A DNA stretch of 62,749 nt, from positions 1 to 62,749 of IMG/VR virus record IMGVR_UViG_3300042520_000420, one strand, 5' to 3'. Position numbers and translations under genes: made by a program. This document shows positions 26,820-36,777 of the stretch, one piece after another. Each line of letters begins with the position of its first letter. Position 1 is the stretch's first letter. Below the pieces are notes generated by a model that did not search any database, had not been told where the DNA came from, and worked only from the letters and a program-made list of their open reading frames with translations. Source of the stretch: a virus (Duplodnaviria > Caudoviricetes).

Positions 26820-28538
26820 TCATGCCGCCAACTTGATCTGCTTGAATGTTGCAGTGCCAAGATCAGTCACGTTGCTGATCATGATGCCTTGACCATAGGT
26901 GCTGGTAACGTCATTGCAGATGCCGATACCGATTGTGGTGATGCCAAGATTGCGACCAGCGTCAGCCTGTTGCTTGACTGCATTGCGGTTACCGTCACCG
27001 TCAGTGATAACAAAGCAGATCTTGCGCTCTTCACGGCGACCCAGCAACATATTGTGGGCATAGCGCAGGGCAAAGAAGTCATTGGTAGCACCACCATTAC
27101 CAACCGCCTGCAAGAGCGGCAGAGTGCGCTTGTAAGGGGCGCTGAATGGCTTGATGATGGACGCCTCGTCACCGAATGTCAGCACGGCGGTTGACACATT
27201 GGCGGCACTGAGGGTCTCCAGCAAGGCGGCACAAGTCTGCACTGCTGGGCTGATGTTGCTTGCTTTTATGTCATAACCAAACATGGAGTTGGAAACATCC
27301 AACACGATCACCACTGCAGAGTCGATGCCCTCGACCTCTTCACGGCGTTTAAACAGATTGACGTTGCCGATGGGGATTGTCTTCAGTGTGCGAGAGTTGA
27401 TCTTGCCTGCACGTTGGTTGGGGTTGTAGTTGCTGGTATCGCTGTTGTCGAACAGGCGCTTGACTTCAAAGCGCAGGCGAGCAGGCACTGCATTGGTCAA
27501 GGTGATACGCTGATTCATGCCGACATGAGCGCCATCTTTTTTCAGCGATGAATGCTCGGCGTATGTACCGTGCGTTGCTTGACCCTTGGGTGCTTGGTTG
27601 CTGGGCTCGACCAAGACTGCCTGAGTCTTGGAAGTGATGGGCTTGGCAGTGCCTGCATCAGGGGCATCAGCGCCATTGTCGGGGTCACCCTTGGGGTCAC
27701 CCTTACCTTGACCCTGATCGGGGCTTGTAGGGGCATTCTGACCGTCCTCAGAGGCATCACCTTGACCAGCATCACCTTGGGCTTGACCGTCTTGTGGCTG
27801 ACCAGCGTCACCATTTTGGAACTGACCGTCTTGATCACCAGCGTCACCATCTTGGGGTTGATCGGGTTGATCAAGCTTGGGTGCATCGGCGGTCTTGGGC
27901 AGTTGGTTGTAAACCCACTCAGCGATGGCGAGGGTATCGGCGCTGGACTTTGCAACCATTGTGCGTTTAAACGCTTCATCGAATATGGGCTTGAGTCCCA
28001 GTGCGACAGGCACTTTTTGAGTCGCATGGCGGCGGCAGTACACGGCGAGGGCAAAGGGGTATTGGGCGGGGTTAGTCCAATCGACCTTGGCGGCAAGGGC
28101 TTGATCGACCATGTCATCGATCAGAGCGGTCAGCGTGGCAGTGATGTTGCCCAGCAAGTTGGCGGCGATCCCAGCGTGTTCGATGTATGCGTCCTCGACT
28201 GCATTGTGCAGGCGTTGAACGTAACCGATGGATGCTTGCACGTTGAAGTCGGTGTACTTGGAATGAAGCAATTCATGGATGATGAAACCCACATACTTGG
28301 TCATGGTTGCTTGGGTGATCACTGCATCATCTTGAATGTTGGCGACCTTGACCACGCCCTTGGCGTTGACGCAAGCGGTTTGTGTGCCTACGCACCAAAT
28401 CAGGCGTGGGTGTTTCACGCCCAGTGCTTGAGCGGCATGGTGAAAGAACGAGTCGATGGCAGAGCGGAACTGGTAGCCACGCACCGAGCGGCGACCAAGC
28501 ATTTGCTGAATTGTGGTGATGGGTTTAGCGGTTGTCAT
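26820..28538 (-). CDS. CobT-like vWA protein with an N-terminal HExxH domain and acidic low-complexity linker
   Basis: IHELLH...NAVEDAYIE; MIDAS LDVSNSM, GATND, VITDG; start ATG 28538 after GAGG. Confidence 0.8.
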   Translation of the reverse strand: MTTAKPITTIQQMLGRRSVRGYQFRSAIDSFFHHAAQALGVKHPRLIWCVGTQTACVNAKGVVKVANIQDDAVITQATMTKYVGFIIHELLHSKYTDFNVQASIGYVQRLHNAVEDAYIEHAGIAANLLGNITATLTALIDDMVDQALAAKVDWTNPAQYPFALAVYCRRHATQKVPVALGLKPIFDEAFKRTMVAKSSADTLAIAEWVYNQLPKTADAPKLDQPDQPQDGDAGDQDGQFQNGDAGQPQDGQAQGDAGQGDASEDGQNAPTSPDQGQGKGDPKGDPDNGADAPDAGTAKPITSKTQAVLVEPSNQAPKGQATHGTYAEHSSLKKDGAHVGMNQRITLTNAVPARLRFEVKRLFDNSDTSNYNPNQRAGKINSRTLKTIPIGNVNLFKRREEVEGIDSAVVIVLDVSNSMFGYDIKASNISPAVQTCAALLETLSAANVSTAVLTFGDEASIIKPFSAPYKRTLPLLQAVGNGGATNDFFALRYAHNMLLGRREERKICFVITDGDGNRNAVKQQADAGRNLGITTIGIGICNDVTSTYGQGIMISNVTDLGTATFKQIKLAA

Positions 28539-28545
28539 GTTGACC

Positions 28546-29991
28546 TCAGATGTTGTTGGCGATGAATGACTGATCGATGCAAGCTTGCTTGATCGCTTCA
28601 ATGGCGGCGTGGGACTCGGCGGGTTGCTTGGCGACAATGGTTGACTCCCATGCCTCGTTGACGCTCATCATGTCGAGTGAGCGAATGAATGCGAGAACGC
28701 ATCGAATCGATGGGGCATCGACAACATCACCAGTGGCGACCTTGGTGCGAGCGACATGGACTGCTTTAAGAACGTGTCTCGCCAACTCGGGCTTGCAGTT
28801 TGTGTGGTTGACCACTGCCTCGACTTCTTTTTCAAGGGGTAAGAAGTCAAAGTGAACGACTCGGGCAAAGCGATCAACGAGGGATGAATTCATTTGACGA
28901 GTGTCGGCATACCGACCCGAGTCATCACCATTGCCCAGCGTGTTGTCGGCAGTGAAGACCAATACCCCAAGGGCTCGTCTCCACACTGCACCGCCGTAGG
29001 AAACGGCACTGCGAGGCTCTAGGAAGCCATTCAAGGGGGCTAAGTTACCAGCGGCGGCATTGGTGACCTCGTCCAACAGAATGACCGTTGATGGGCTTGT
29101 AAAGGCGGTCAGGAAGTCCCTTGGTTGGAACTGAGTGCCTGTGGTTGGATCGTACCCAGTGTCACCGAGGTAATGGGCAGGCTCAGTGTGCTTTTCAAAG
29201 TTGATGCGAACAAAATTGCGACCAGTGCGAGCGGCAAACTGCTGGGCGGTCATGGTCTTGCCTGTACCCTTGTCACCGCCGAACCATACATTCTCACCAG
29301 TGCGCTGGGATTGAATCAAGTGGCGCAGGATGGTCTCAGTCCAAATGAACGTGTCATCGATGGCGGGTGCGTTGGCGTGATCCCAAATGTCAACTATCAC
29401 AGGCTTGCCCTTGGCATCTCTCAGGTCAATGCCGAATACATCGATGCAGGGCTTGGATGCCACGACAGTGGCGGCGACCAGTGACCCGATAACGTCTTGA
29501 GCCCCAGCGTCCTCGACTGCCTGCTTGAACGGTTTAAACGCATCAGCGACTGCTTGGGTGACTGCAAGGTTGACCGAGGCGGGATCGACCACTGCCTGCT
29601 TGGTGATGGCATCGACTGACTGCTTGAGTTGATCGATGCGACCATTCGCAATGAACAGGGCATCATCCAGTTCTTTAGCCTGCTCATGGTTTTGCTGGGC
29701 GATGGTGACCGAGGTCTTAGCCTGCTTGAGGGCATCAAGGGCGACTGACTCAGCCCGAGATGCGGCTTGGGCGGCGGCATCAACCTTTGCAGTGTCGTGC
29801 GATGCGGCGGCGGGTGCTTGGGCGATGCAGTCATCGATGCTGATTTTGCCTGCCACTACCAAGTCAGCGAGGCGCTCGGCGGCTTGGGCTTTGCTGACTG
29901 CCATGTGGTCAGAGATGTACTTTTTGTAGGCTTGGTTCACTGCCACTGTGGGCAGGGTGAAGATCTTGTCGAAAATGATTTGTCTGCTCAT
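28546..29991 (-). CDS. MoxR/CbbQ/CobS-type AAA+ ATPase
   Basis: GGDKGTGKT, ILLDEV, ADNTLGNGD...Y...NSSLVDRF. Confidence 0.88.
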   Translation of the reverse strand: MSRQIIFDKIFTLPTVAVNQAYKKYISDHMAVSKAQAAERLADLVVAGKISIDDCIAQAPAAASHDTAKVDAAAQAASRAESVALDALKQAKTSVTIAQQNHEQAKELDDALFIANGRIDQLKQSVDAITKQAVVDPASVNLAVTQAVADAFKPFKQAVEDAGAQDVIGSLVAATVVASKPCIDVFGIDLRDAKGKPVIVDIWDHANAPAIDDTFIWTETILRHLIQSQRTGENVWFGGDKGTGKTMTAQQFAARTGRNFVRINFEKHTEPAHYLGDTGYDPTTGTQFQPRDFLTAFTSPSTVILLDEVTNAAAGNLAPLNGFLEPRSAVSYGGAVWRRALGVLVFTADNTLGNGDDSGRYADTRQMNSSLVDRFARVVHFDFLPLEKEVEAVVNHTNCKPELARHVLKAVHVARTKVATGDVVDAPSIRCVLAFIRSLDMMSVNEAWESTIVAKQPAESHAAIEAIKQACIDQSFIANNI

Positions 29992-30000
29992 GATGTTCTT

Positions 30001-30297
30001 TCAGAGTGCGGTTTTTTGAATGGCTGACTTCACTATGCGATTCCAGTCGCTGATCGTGATGGCGGCAGGCAACCAAGTGGGGCGCTTGCGTTGATGGATT
30101 TGCTCTGCCCCGAAAGGCAAAATCACGCCGTTTAAAAGCACCCTAGTGCGAACGTCATAACCCCAGCCCATTGGAGTGCCATAGTCAAACAGTTCGACCC
30201 GCACCTCGTAGGTTTTAAAGTAAGAGTCAGTGGCGTTGATGACTGGGGCGGTGCGAATGACTTGATCCGCCTTGGTCATGTTGATAAAGAATTGCAT
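30001..30297 (-). CDS. Hypothetical protein
   Basis: ORF between the SprT-like and AAA genes. Confidence 0.5.
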   Translation of the reverse strand: MQFFINMTKADQVIRTAPVINATDSYFKTYEVRVELFDYGTPMGWGYDVRTRVLLNGVILPFGAEQIHQRKRPTWLPAAITISDWNRIVKSAIQKTAL

Positions 30298-30307
30298 GGT
30301 CTGCCCC

Positions 30308-30904
30308 TTATGCCAAGATGAATTTTGCGTTGCACATTTCAATGCCATTGGGCATTTTTGTGCCGCACGTTGGCAGACCCTTATCTGCCCAGTGCTGAGT
30401 CAAGCGCACCTTGAATCCACACTTGGGGCAGAGCGCCAACATCATGCGAGTCCCCTGTTTTTTGCGGGTAGTCATGGTCAGAGCGCCATGCGGGTACTCG
30501 CCAAGAGCGGCGATGATTGACCCATATACATCCATGAACTTAAGGTTGCCCTTAGTCGCCTTGTAAGGGGCAGATCCTGCCCCGATTGGGATCAAGTGCA
30601 TGGCATCAGCGACACGCTGGAAGTTCACGCCATGATTCATTGCACCAGCAGTGGCATGGCATAACTCATGCACAAGGGTCTCAAAGATCTGCACAGGGTC
30701 TTCAAGTGTGGGGCTAATGAAGATGTTGAACGAGCCATCGCTCGATGTAGTGTCAGCCCAGCATTCGCCAATAGCACCTGATCGCTTGGCAGTCGAGGGT
30801 AAGCCACAAGCCACTTTGATGGCGAGTGGCAGGGTCTCACCGTAGTGAGTGAACAGTGGGCGCAACTCGCTCACTGCATCTGCTAACCAGTCTTCACGAT
30901 TCAT
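30308..30904 (-). CDS. SprT-like zinc metallopeptidase
   Basis: IFISP...TLVHELCHA...NHGVNF; C-terminal CPKC...C...C. Confidence 0.78.
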   Translation of the reverse strand: MNREDWLADAVSELRPLFTHYGETLPLAIKVACGLPSTAKRSGAIGECWADTTSSDGSFNIFISPTLEDPVQIFETLVHELCHATAGAMNHGVNFQRVADAMHLIPIGAGSAPYKATKGNLKFMDVYGSIIAALGEYPHGALTMTTRKKQGTRMMLALCPKCGFKVRLTQHWADKGLPTCGTKMPNGIEMCNAKFILA

Positions 30905-31321
30905 TTCAGAGTCCTTTTAAACATCACCAATATGGGTGAATCCGCATTTGACCACTCTGATATCAAATGCACAAGAACTATTGATATATGCCTGACTGTA
31001 GTGTGGGGTTATTAGCTGGGTACTGGTGCAAATCGAGGGTCAATTTTGCCTGTTGAAAACAAAAAGCAACATGGCATTTAGAAGCGTTTTAAGGGGGGTA
31101 GAAGGGGGGTCTAGATCAACGAGTGTCTAGGTATCAACCGAGGTCAAAATCGATTCTAGGGGGGTTTTAATCGATTCTAGAGCCATGTATGTTTATACAG
31201 TAACACTTTGCCTAATTATTTAGCACTGGTTCTAGTTTGCTTTGACAATTGATTGATTTTGAGATCTATAGGTTTAGGATTTGACCATACTGATTGTGTG
31301 GGTATGAGTACTTGTGGCATA

Positions 31322-31399
31322 TGTGGACAATTCTGTGGGTAAAGCTGGGTGAAGTGTGTGGATATGTGGATACTGTGGATAACAATAACCTGTGGATAA
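31322..31399 (+). promoter_or_regulatory. Cluster of DnaA-box-like nonamers
   Basis: Perfect TGTGGATAA at 31374 and 31391; one-mismatch copies at 31322, 31334, 31357, 31365; all in the same orientation. Confidence 0.6.
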
Positions 31400-31403
31400 G
31401 TCA

Positions 31404-31458
31404 TTGACAGGGCATTGATGGGCGCTGATAATGCGAACAGTGCTGGTCATGCATACAG
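31404..31458 (+). promoter_or_regulatory. Sigma70-like promoter of terS with a downstream SOS-box-like operator
   Basis: TTGACA-N17-GATAAT (31404-31432); CTGGTCATGCATACAG (CTG-N10-CAG) at 31443-31458. Confidence 0.55.
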
Positions 31459-31504
31459 TGCATGGCTGGGATTATTGTCAATTGTATAAACAGGGTTTAA
31501 ACGC

Positions 31505-32128
31505 ATGAACAAGACTACCAAAGACGAGTACTTGGCGGCGCTGGAGCAAGCTAATCAGGATGATGAGGATTATCAAATTGAGGATGATCAATCGCTGGGT
31601 GAACTGAGCGTAGCGGAACGGTCTGCAATGAGGGCAGATCCACCTAGAGTGCGATTAGATGGTAAGCCTGTAGGGACTGAAGAGCGAAAGAGAATCCAGC
31701 CATTGACGGTAAGCCAAGTGGCTTTCGCCCAAGGGATCATCCAAGGGAAAACATACCGTCAAGCGTACAGGGACGCATACCCGAATGCTCAAGGGTCTGA
31801 TGCGTCAATCACCAGCAGTGCTTACAAGCTAAGTAAGGATCAACGCATTCAAGCAATGGTCACCGAGGCACTGGACGAGACCATCGAACACTTGGCAGAG
31901 GACAGAGCGCATACAGAACGGTATGTGATGAAGAGGTTGTTGGCACTAAGTAAACAGGGCAAGCAAGAGGGCTCCCAATTAAAAGCACTAGAACTACTTG
32001 GTAAGTCAGTGGGTATGTTCATCGACAAGGCAGAGACCAAGCCCGAGGTTGTCACTGCTGACCAACTCAAGCGTGAACTGTCGGGGCATCTCAAGCTACT
32101 GGTCTCCGACAAGCGCAAGACGGTTTAA
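31505..32128 (+). CDS. terS: Terminase small subunit
   Basis: LTVSQVAFAQG...QAYRDAYP...AYKL...KALELLGKSVGMF; lies upstream of terL. Confidence 0.8.
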   Translation: MNKTTKDEYLAALEQANQDDEDYQIEDDQSLGELSVAERSAMRADPPRVRLDGKPVGTEERKRIQPLTVSQVAFAQGIIQGKTYRQAYRDAYPNAQGSDASITSSAYKLSKDQRIQAMVTEALDETIEHLAEDRAHTERYVMKRLLALSKQGKQEGSQLKALELLGKSVGMFIDKAETKPEVVTADQLKRELSGHLKLLVSDKRKTV

Positions 32129-32377
32129 ACGTGGGCGGGGCATCGATGGGAACTATCACCGTGCTGACCCCACCGTACCCGCACCCCCCAGCATAGCCAG
32201 CGACCACCCGCCACCTGTATACGCTGTGCTCCACACCAACATATATGTACCCCCATCAAACACATACAACTGTCTCCATCCCCACTCCCCTCTTTTATGG
32301 GTTTGCAAAACTGAATGTGTGAATTAAAAGGGTGGGGGTATATATATTTTTGAGAAAGCTTGCTCATGTTTAAACGC

Positions 32378-32444
32378 TGTGGATAACTTGTGGATAACGT
32401 GTTGAGATCTAGGTGTTGCAATTGTTCGCACATACGTTTAAACT
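32378..32444 (+). promoter_or_regulatory. Two perfect DnaA boxes and a sigma70-like promoter
   Basis: TGTGGATAA at 32378 and 32389; TTGCAA-N17-TAAACT at 32416-32444. Confidence 0.5.
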
Positions 32445-32463
32445 CAATGCAACGGAGGGCAGC

Positions 32464-32694
32464 ATGACTGAACGGCAGAGGTTGGTATTTGATTTTATTA
32501 AGGCTTACATCAAGATTCATGGGATTGCTCCATCCTATGAGGTAATTGCCAAGGGTTTAAACATGAAGTCCAGAGCCAACATGCACAGGATTGTCCAGAA
32601 GCTCAAAGATGAAGGTCATGTTGAGAAGAGGCCCAAGAAGTTCTATGGGATTAAGTTATTGGATAAGTCGGTAAGGGAGATGGCTGCTTTATGA
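32464..32694 (+). CDS. LexA-like winged-HTH DNA-binding protein lacking the peptidase domain
   Basis: MTERQRLVFDFIKAYIKIHGIAPSYEVIAKGLNMKS...HRIVQKLKDEG; GGAGG RBS. Confidence 0.8.
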   Translation: MTERQRLVFDFIKAYIKIHGIAPSYEVIAKGLNMKSRANMHRIVQKLKDEGHVEKRPKKFYGIKLLDKSVREMAAL

Positions 32695-34187
32695 CTTTAC
32701 TGACAAGGGCAGAAATATCCCAATACTTGGCTGTAGTGGACTCAGTCCCTGAAGCTGAGAGGAATAAGATATTTGCCTTGTTGGAGATGGATAGGGTTGA
32801 GAGGTGCAGGGATTCTTATCTGTTCTTTGTTACCCAGATGTGGCCCGGGTTTATTTCGGGTAAGCACCATCAGATCATGGCAGATGCTTTTGAAAGGGTC
32901 GCTAATGGCGACCTAAAGAGATTGATCATTAATATGCCACCCAGACACACTAAGTCTGAGTTTGCCTCCTACCTGCTTCCTTCTTGGTTCTTGGGTAAGT
33001 TCCCTGAGAAGAAGATCATTCAGACTGCCCACACTGCGGAGTTAGCCGTTGGCTTTGGGCGTAAGGTCAGGAACCTTGTTTCTTCTGAGCATTATGGCAA
33101 GGTGTTTGACACTAAACTGTCCTCCGATTCAAAAGCAGCAGGCAGATGGAACACCCATGTGGGCGGGGATTACTTCGCTATTGGTGTTGGCGGTGCTGTG
33201 ACTGGTAAGGGTGCGGATCTCTTGATCATTGATGACCCGCATTCTGAGCAAGAAGCCAAACAAGGCAACCCTGCGGTGTTTGACAGTGTGTATGAGTGGT
33301 ACACATCCGGCCCTCGTCAGCGTCTACAGCCCGGAGGAGCCATCATTATTGTGATGACCCGCTGGTCTAAAAGAGATCTGACAGGGAAGATCATTAAAAA
33401 CTCGGAAAAAGATGGTGTAAACGACTGGGAAGTCATAGATTTCCCTGCAATCTTGCCCTCTGGAACCCCTTTATGGCCTGCTTTTTGGAAAAAAGAAGAG
33501 CTTGAGGCTCTAAAAGCTGAACTTCCAGTGGCTAAATGGGAGGCCCAGTACCAACAGAACCCCACATCCGAAGAAGGTGCGATTGTTAAGCGGGATCAAT
33601 GGCGAATCTGGGAGAAAGATGAAGCCCCACCTTGTGATTTTATCATCCAAAGCTGGGATACAGCCTTTGAGACCAACAACAGGGCAGATTATTCAGCCTG
33701 TACAACATGGGGAGTCTTTGAACATGCCGACTCCAAAGGAAATATTAAGACCAACATCATCCTTCTTGATGCGTTTAAACGTAGGATGGAGTTTCCTGAA
33801 CTCAAAAAGAAGGCATTTGAGATGTGGAAAGAGTGGGAGCCTGATACTCTGATTGTGGAGAAGCGAGCCGCTGGCGCTCCGCTTATTTATGAGATGAGGA
33901 AGATAGGAATTCCTGTTTCAGAGTATACGCCGCACAAAGGAAACGATAAGATAGCCCGTGTAAACGCAATCTCAGACCTGTTTGCTTCAGGAATTGTCTG
34001 GTGTCCAGACACCAGATGGGCAGATGAAGTCATGGAAGAAATGGCCTCCTTCCCCAACGGCGACCATGATGACTTGGTTGACTCCTCTTCTCAGGCTTTG
34101 ATGCAGTTTAGAAAAGGTGGTTTTGTCTCCATCGACACAGATGAAGAAGATGAGCCAATTTACCGCAGGCGAGTGGAATATTACTAA
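32691..34187 (+). CDS. terL: Terminase large subunit
   Basis: INMPPRHTKS, LIIDDPH, QSWDTA, FPNGDHDDLVDS. Confidence 0.95.
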   Translation: MTLLTRAEISQYLAVVDSVPEAERNKIFALLEMDRVERCRDSYLFFVTQMWPGFISGKHHQIMADAFERVANGDLKRLIINMPPRHTKSEFASYLLPSWFLGKFPEKKIIQTAHTAELAVGFGRKVRNLVSSEHYGKVFDTKLSSDSKAAGRWNTHVGGDYFAIGVGGAVTGKGADLLIIDDPHSEQEAKQGNPAVFDSVYEWYTSGPRQRLQPGGAIIIVMTRWSKRDLTGKIIKNSEKDGVNDWEVIDFPAILPSGTPLWPAFWKKEELEALKAELPVAKWEAQYQQNPTSEEGAIVKRDQWRIWEKDEAPPCDFIIQSWDTAFETNNRADYSACTTWGVFEHADSKGNIKTNIILLDAFKRRMEFPELKKKAFEMWKEWEPDTLIVEKRAAGAPLIYEMRKIGIPVSEYTPHKGNDKIARVNAISDLFASGIVWCPDTRWADEVMEEMASFPNGDHDDLVDSSSQALMQFRKGGFVSIDTDEEDEPIYRRRVEYY

Positions 34188-34195
34188 GGAAGATC

Positions 34196-36586
34196 ATGGC
34201 AACCAATATGGACAAGAGTGTTTATCAGTCTCCCGCAGGAATTGCTGGGTTGGAAGAAGATCCTATTGAGATAGAGATTGAGGATCCTGAGTCTGTCTCT
34301 ATTAGCATGGGTGGGGTAGAGATCATCCTTGAGCCCGGCAAAGAATATGACGGCGATTTTGAGTCCAACCTTGCAGAAGTATTGGATGAGGGAGTCCTTG
34401 CGCAGATTGCCTCTGACCTGTGCGAGTTAGTGGATGCTGACGTTAATTCCCGCAAAGACTGGGCAGAAACCTTTGTCAAAGGCTTGGAAGTGCTGGGTCT
34501 ACAGTATGAAGAGCGCACCCAGCCTTGGAATGGAGCCTGTGGCGTTTATTCAACAATCCTGACAGAAGCTGCCATTCGATTCCAATCAGAGTCCATTATG
34601 GAGACCTTCCCAGCACAAGGCCCAGTAAAGACTCAGATTATTGGCGCAGTTACCAAGATGAAAGAAGAGGCGGCAGAGCGGGTTCGCACTGACATGAACT
34701 ACCGCCTGACCGAGCAAATGCCGGAATACCGCCCAGAACATGAGCGTCTTTTGTATTCTCTTGGATTGGCGGGAGCAGCCTTTAAGAAGGTTTACTATGA
34801 CCCCGCACTTGGTCGGGAGGTGTCAATGTTCATCCCAGCCGAGGATGTCATTGTTCCTTATGGAGCTTCAAATCTGAACAACGCAGAACGTGTTACACAT
34901 GTGATGCGAAAGACAGAGAATGAGATTAAAAAGCTACAGGTAGCAGGCTTTTACAGAGATATTGAGCTTGGCGAGCCAGTCAACATTCTTTCTGATATTG
35001 AAAAGAAAAAGGCAGAACAGCAAGGTTACAAAACCACAGATGACAACCGCTATCAAATCTTTGAAATCCACACAGAACTGGATATTGAAGGCATGGAAGA
35101 TGTTGACGAGGACGGAGAGCCAAGTGGAATCGCCCTGCCTTATGTGGTCACAATTGACCGTGGAACCAATGAGGTTCTGTCTATTTACCGCAACTACAAC
35201 GCAGATGATGATAAAAAACTCAAACGTCAACATTTTGTGGATTACTGCTATGTACCCGGCTTTGGCTTCTACGGCTTAGGTTTAATCCATATTATTGGCG
35301 GGTATGCCCGTGCTGGCACTGCCCTGATTCGTCAATTGGTGGACGCAGGAACTCTTTCTAACCTGCCCGGAGGTCTTAAGTCCCGTGGTATGAGGGTTAA
35401 AGGGGATGACACCCCAATCGCCCCCGGAGAGTTCAGGGATGTGGATGTTCCGTCAGGAACCATCAAAGACAACGTAATGACGTTGCCCTACAAAGAACCC
35501 AGCGCTACATTGCTGACACTGCTCAACCAGATAACTGAAGAAGGCAGACGCTTAGGATCTATCGGGGAAATGAAGATATCTGACATGAGTGCAAATGCAC
35601 CTGTCGGGACAACTCTAGCCCTGTTAGAGCGCCAGCTCAAAACCATGAGTGCTGTACAGGCCCGTGTACATAACTCCATGAAACAGGAGTTTAAACTGCT
35701 CAAGAACATCATCAGGGACTATGCTCCAGATGATTATGAATACGACCCAGAAAGCGGAAATCGCCAAGCAAAGCAGGCAGATTACGACATTGTTGAGGTT
35801 ATCCCTGTCAGCGATCCCAATAGCTCCACAATGGCTCAAAGGATCATGCAGTACCAAGCTGTTATTCAGTTGGCAAGCCAAGCCCCGCAAATCTATGACT
35901 TGCCAAACTTGCACCGCCAAATGATTGAGGTTCTGGGCGTTCGCAATGCTGATAAGTTAATACCCACTTCGGACGATCAAACACCCAAAGATCCTGTTAG
36001 CGAAAACATGGCATTCCTTAATGGGAAGCCAACAAAAGCGTTTATCTACCAAGACCACGATGCTCACATCATGGCGCACCAATCGTTTATGCAGGATCCA
36101 ATGATTGCGGCGACCATTGGTCAAAACCCAATGGCGCAAAAGATTCAAGCATCGGCTATGGCTCACATTGCAGAACACTTGGCGTTTAAATACCGCAAGA
36201 ACGTGGAAGAACAGATTGGCGTTCCAATCCCTGCGCCAGATTCAAAATTGCCAGAAGATGTCGAAGTCGAGTTGTCTCGCTTGGTTGCCCAAGGAGCCGC
36301 ACAGCTTTTACAGGCAAATCAAGCCCAAGCCCAACAGGCTCAGGCTCAACAGCAAGCTCAAGACCCCCTTATCCAAATGCAACAAGCAGAACTACAAATC
36401 AAGCAGGCAGATGTGCAGCGCAAGGCTCAGAAAGACCAGACAGATGCGCAGATTGCGCAAGCCAAGCTACAGCTTGAGGAGCAAAGGCTGCAAGGAACTC
36501 AGCAGATTGAGCAGCAACGAATCCAGTCTCAGGAAAAGCAGGCAAACCAAAAAGTGCAAGTTGATTTGTTTAAACGGAAACAATGA
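34196..36586 (+). CDS. Portal protein
   Basis: 796 aa directly after terL; GAAFKKVYYD, GFYGLGL; Q-rich C-terminal barrel as in P22-like portals. Confidence 0.88.
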   Translation: MATNMDKSVYQSPAGIAGLEEDPIEIEIEDPESVSISMGGVEIILEPGKEYDGDFESNLAEVLDEGVLAQIASDLCELVDADVNSRKDWAETFVKGLEVLGLQYEERTQPWNGACGVYSTILTEAAIRFQSESIMETFPAQGPVKTQIIGAVTKMKEEAAERVRTDMNYRLTEQMPEYRPEHERLLYSLGLAGAAFKKVYYDPALGREVSMFIPAEDVIVPYGASNLNNAERVTHVMRKTENEIKKLQVAGFYRDIELGEPVNILSDIEKKKAEQQGYKTTDDNRYQIFEIHTELDIEGMEDVDEDGEPSGIALPYVVTIDRGTNEVLSIYRNYNADDDKKLKRQHFVDYCYVPGFGFYGLGLIHIIGGYARAGTALIRQLVDAGTLSNLPGGLKSRGMRVKGDDTPIAPGEFRDVDVPSGTIKDNVMTLPYKEPSATLLTLLNQITEEGRRLGSIGEMKISDMSANAPVGTTLALLERQLKTMSAVQARVHNSMKQEFKLLKNIIRDYAPDDYEYDPESGNRQAKQADYDIVEVIPVSDPNSSTMAQRIMQYQAVIQLASQAPQIYDLPNLHRQMIEVLGVRNADKLIPTSDDQTPKDPVSENMAFLNGKPTKAFIYQDHDAHIMAHQSFMQDPMIAATIGQNPMAQKIQASAMAHIAEHLAFKYRKNVEEQIGVPIPAPDSKLPEDVEVELSRLVAQGAAQLLQANQAQAQQAQAQQQAQDPLIQMQQAELQIKQADVQRKAQKDQTDAQIAQAKLQLEEQRLQGTQQIEQQRIQSQEKQANQKVQVDLFKRKQ

Positions 36587-36777
36587 TGAACGAATTGGAA
36601 TATGTTTTAAAACAATTGAAGGAACGAGGCGAAATTGTTTCTGAAAGGATTGGTACGGGCGGAGCTAAAGACTACGCCGAGTATCGAGAGCTGTGCGGGC
36701 AAATTCAGGGTCTACTGTTTGCACAGTCCGTTGTAGTTGACCTTGTTCGAAAAATGGAGAGATACGAAGATGACTGA
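36583..36777 (+). CDS. Conserved small head-module protein
   Basis: DYAEYRELCGQIQGL; between portal and GroES. Confidence 0.65.
   Translation: MMNELEYVLKQLKERGEIVSERIGTGGAKDYAEYRELCGQIQGLLFAQSVVVDLVRKMERYEDD

Noticed and set aside
27552-28565. Long antisense ORFs (also 26535-27194, 39352-40185, 52541-53143, 43282-43899)
   Set aside because: These are shadows of strongly supported genes on the opposite strand and carry no recognisable motifs.
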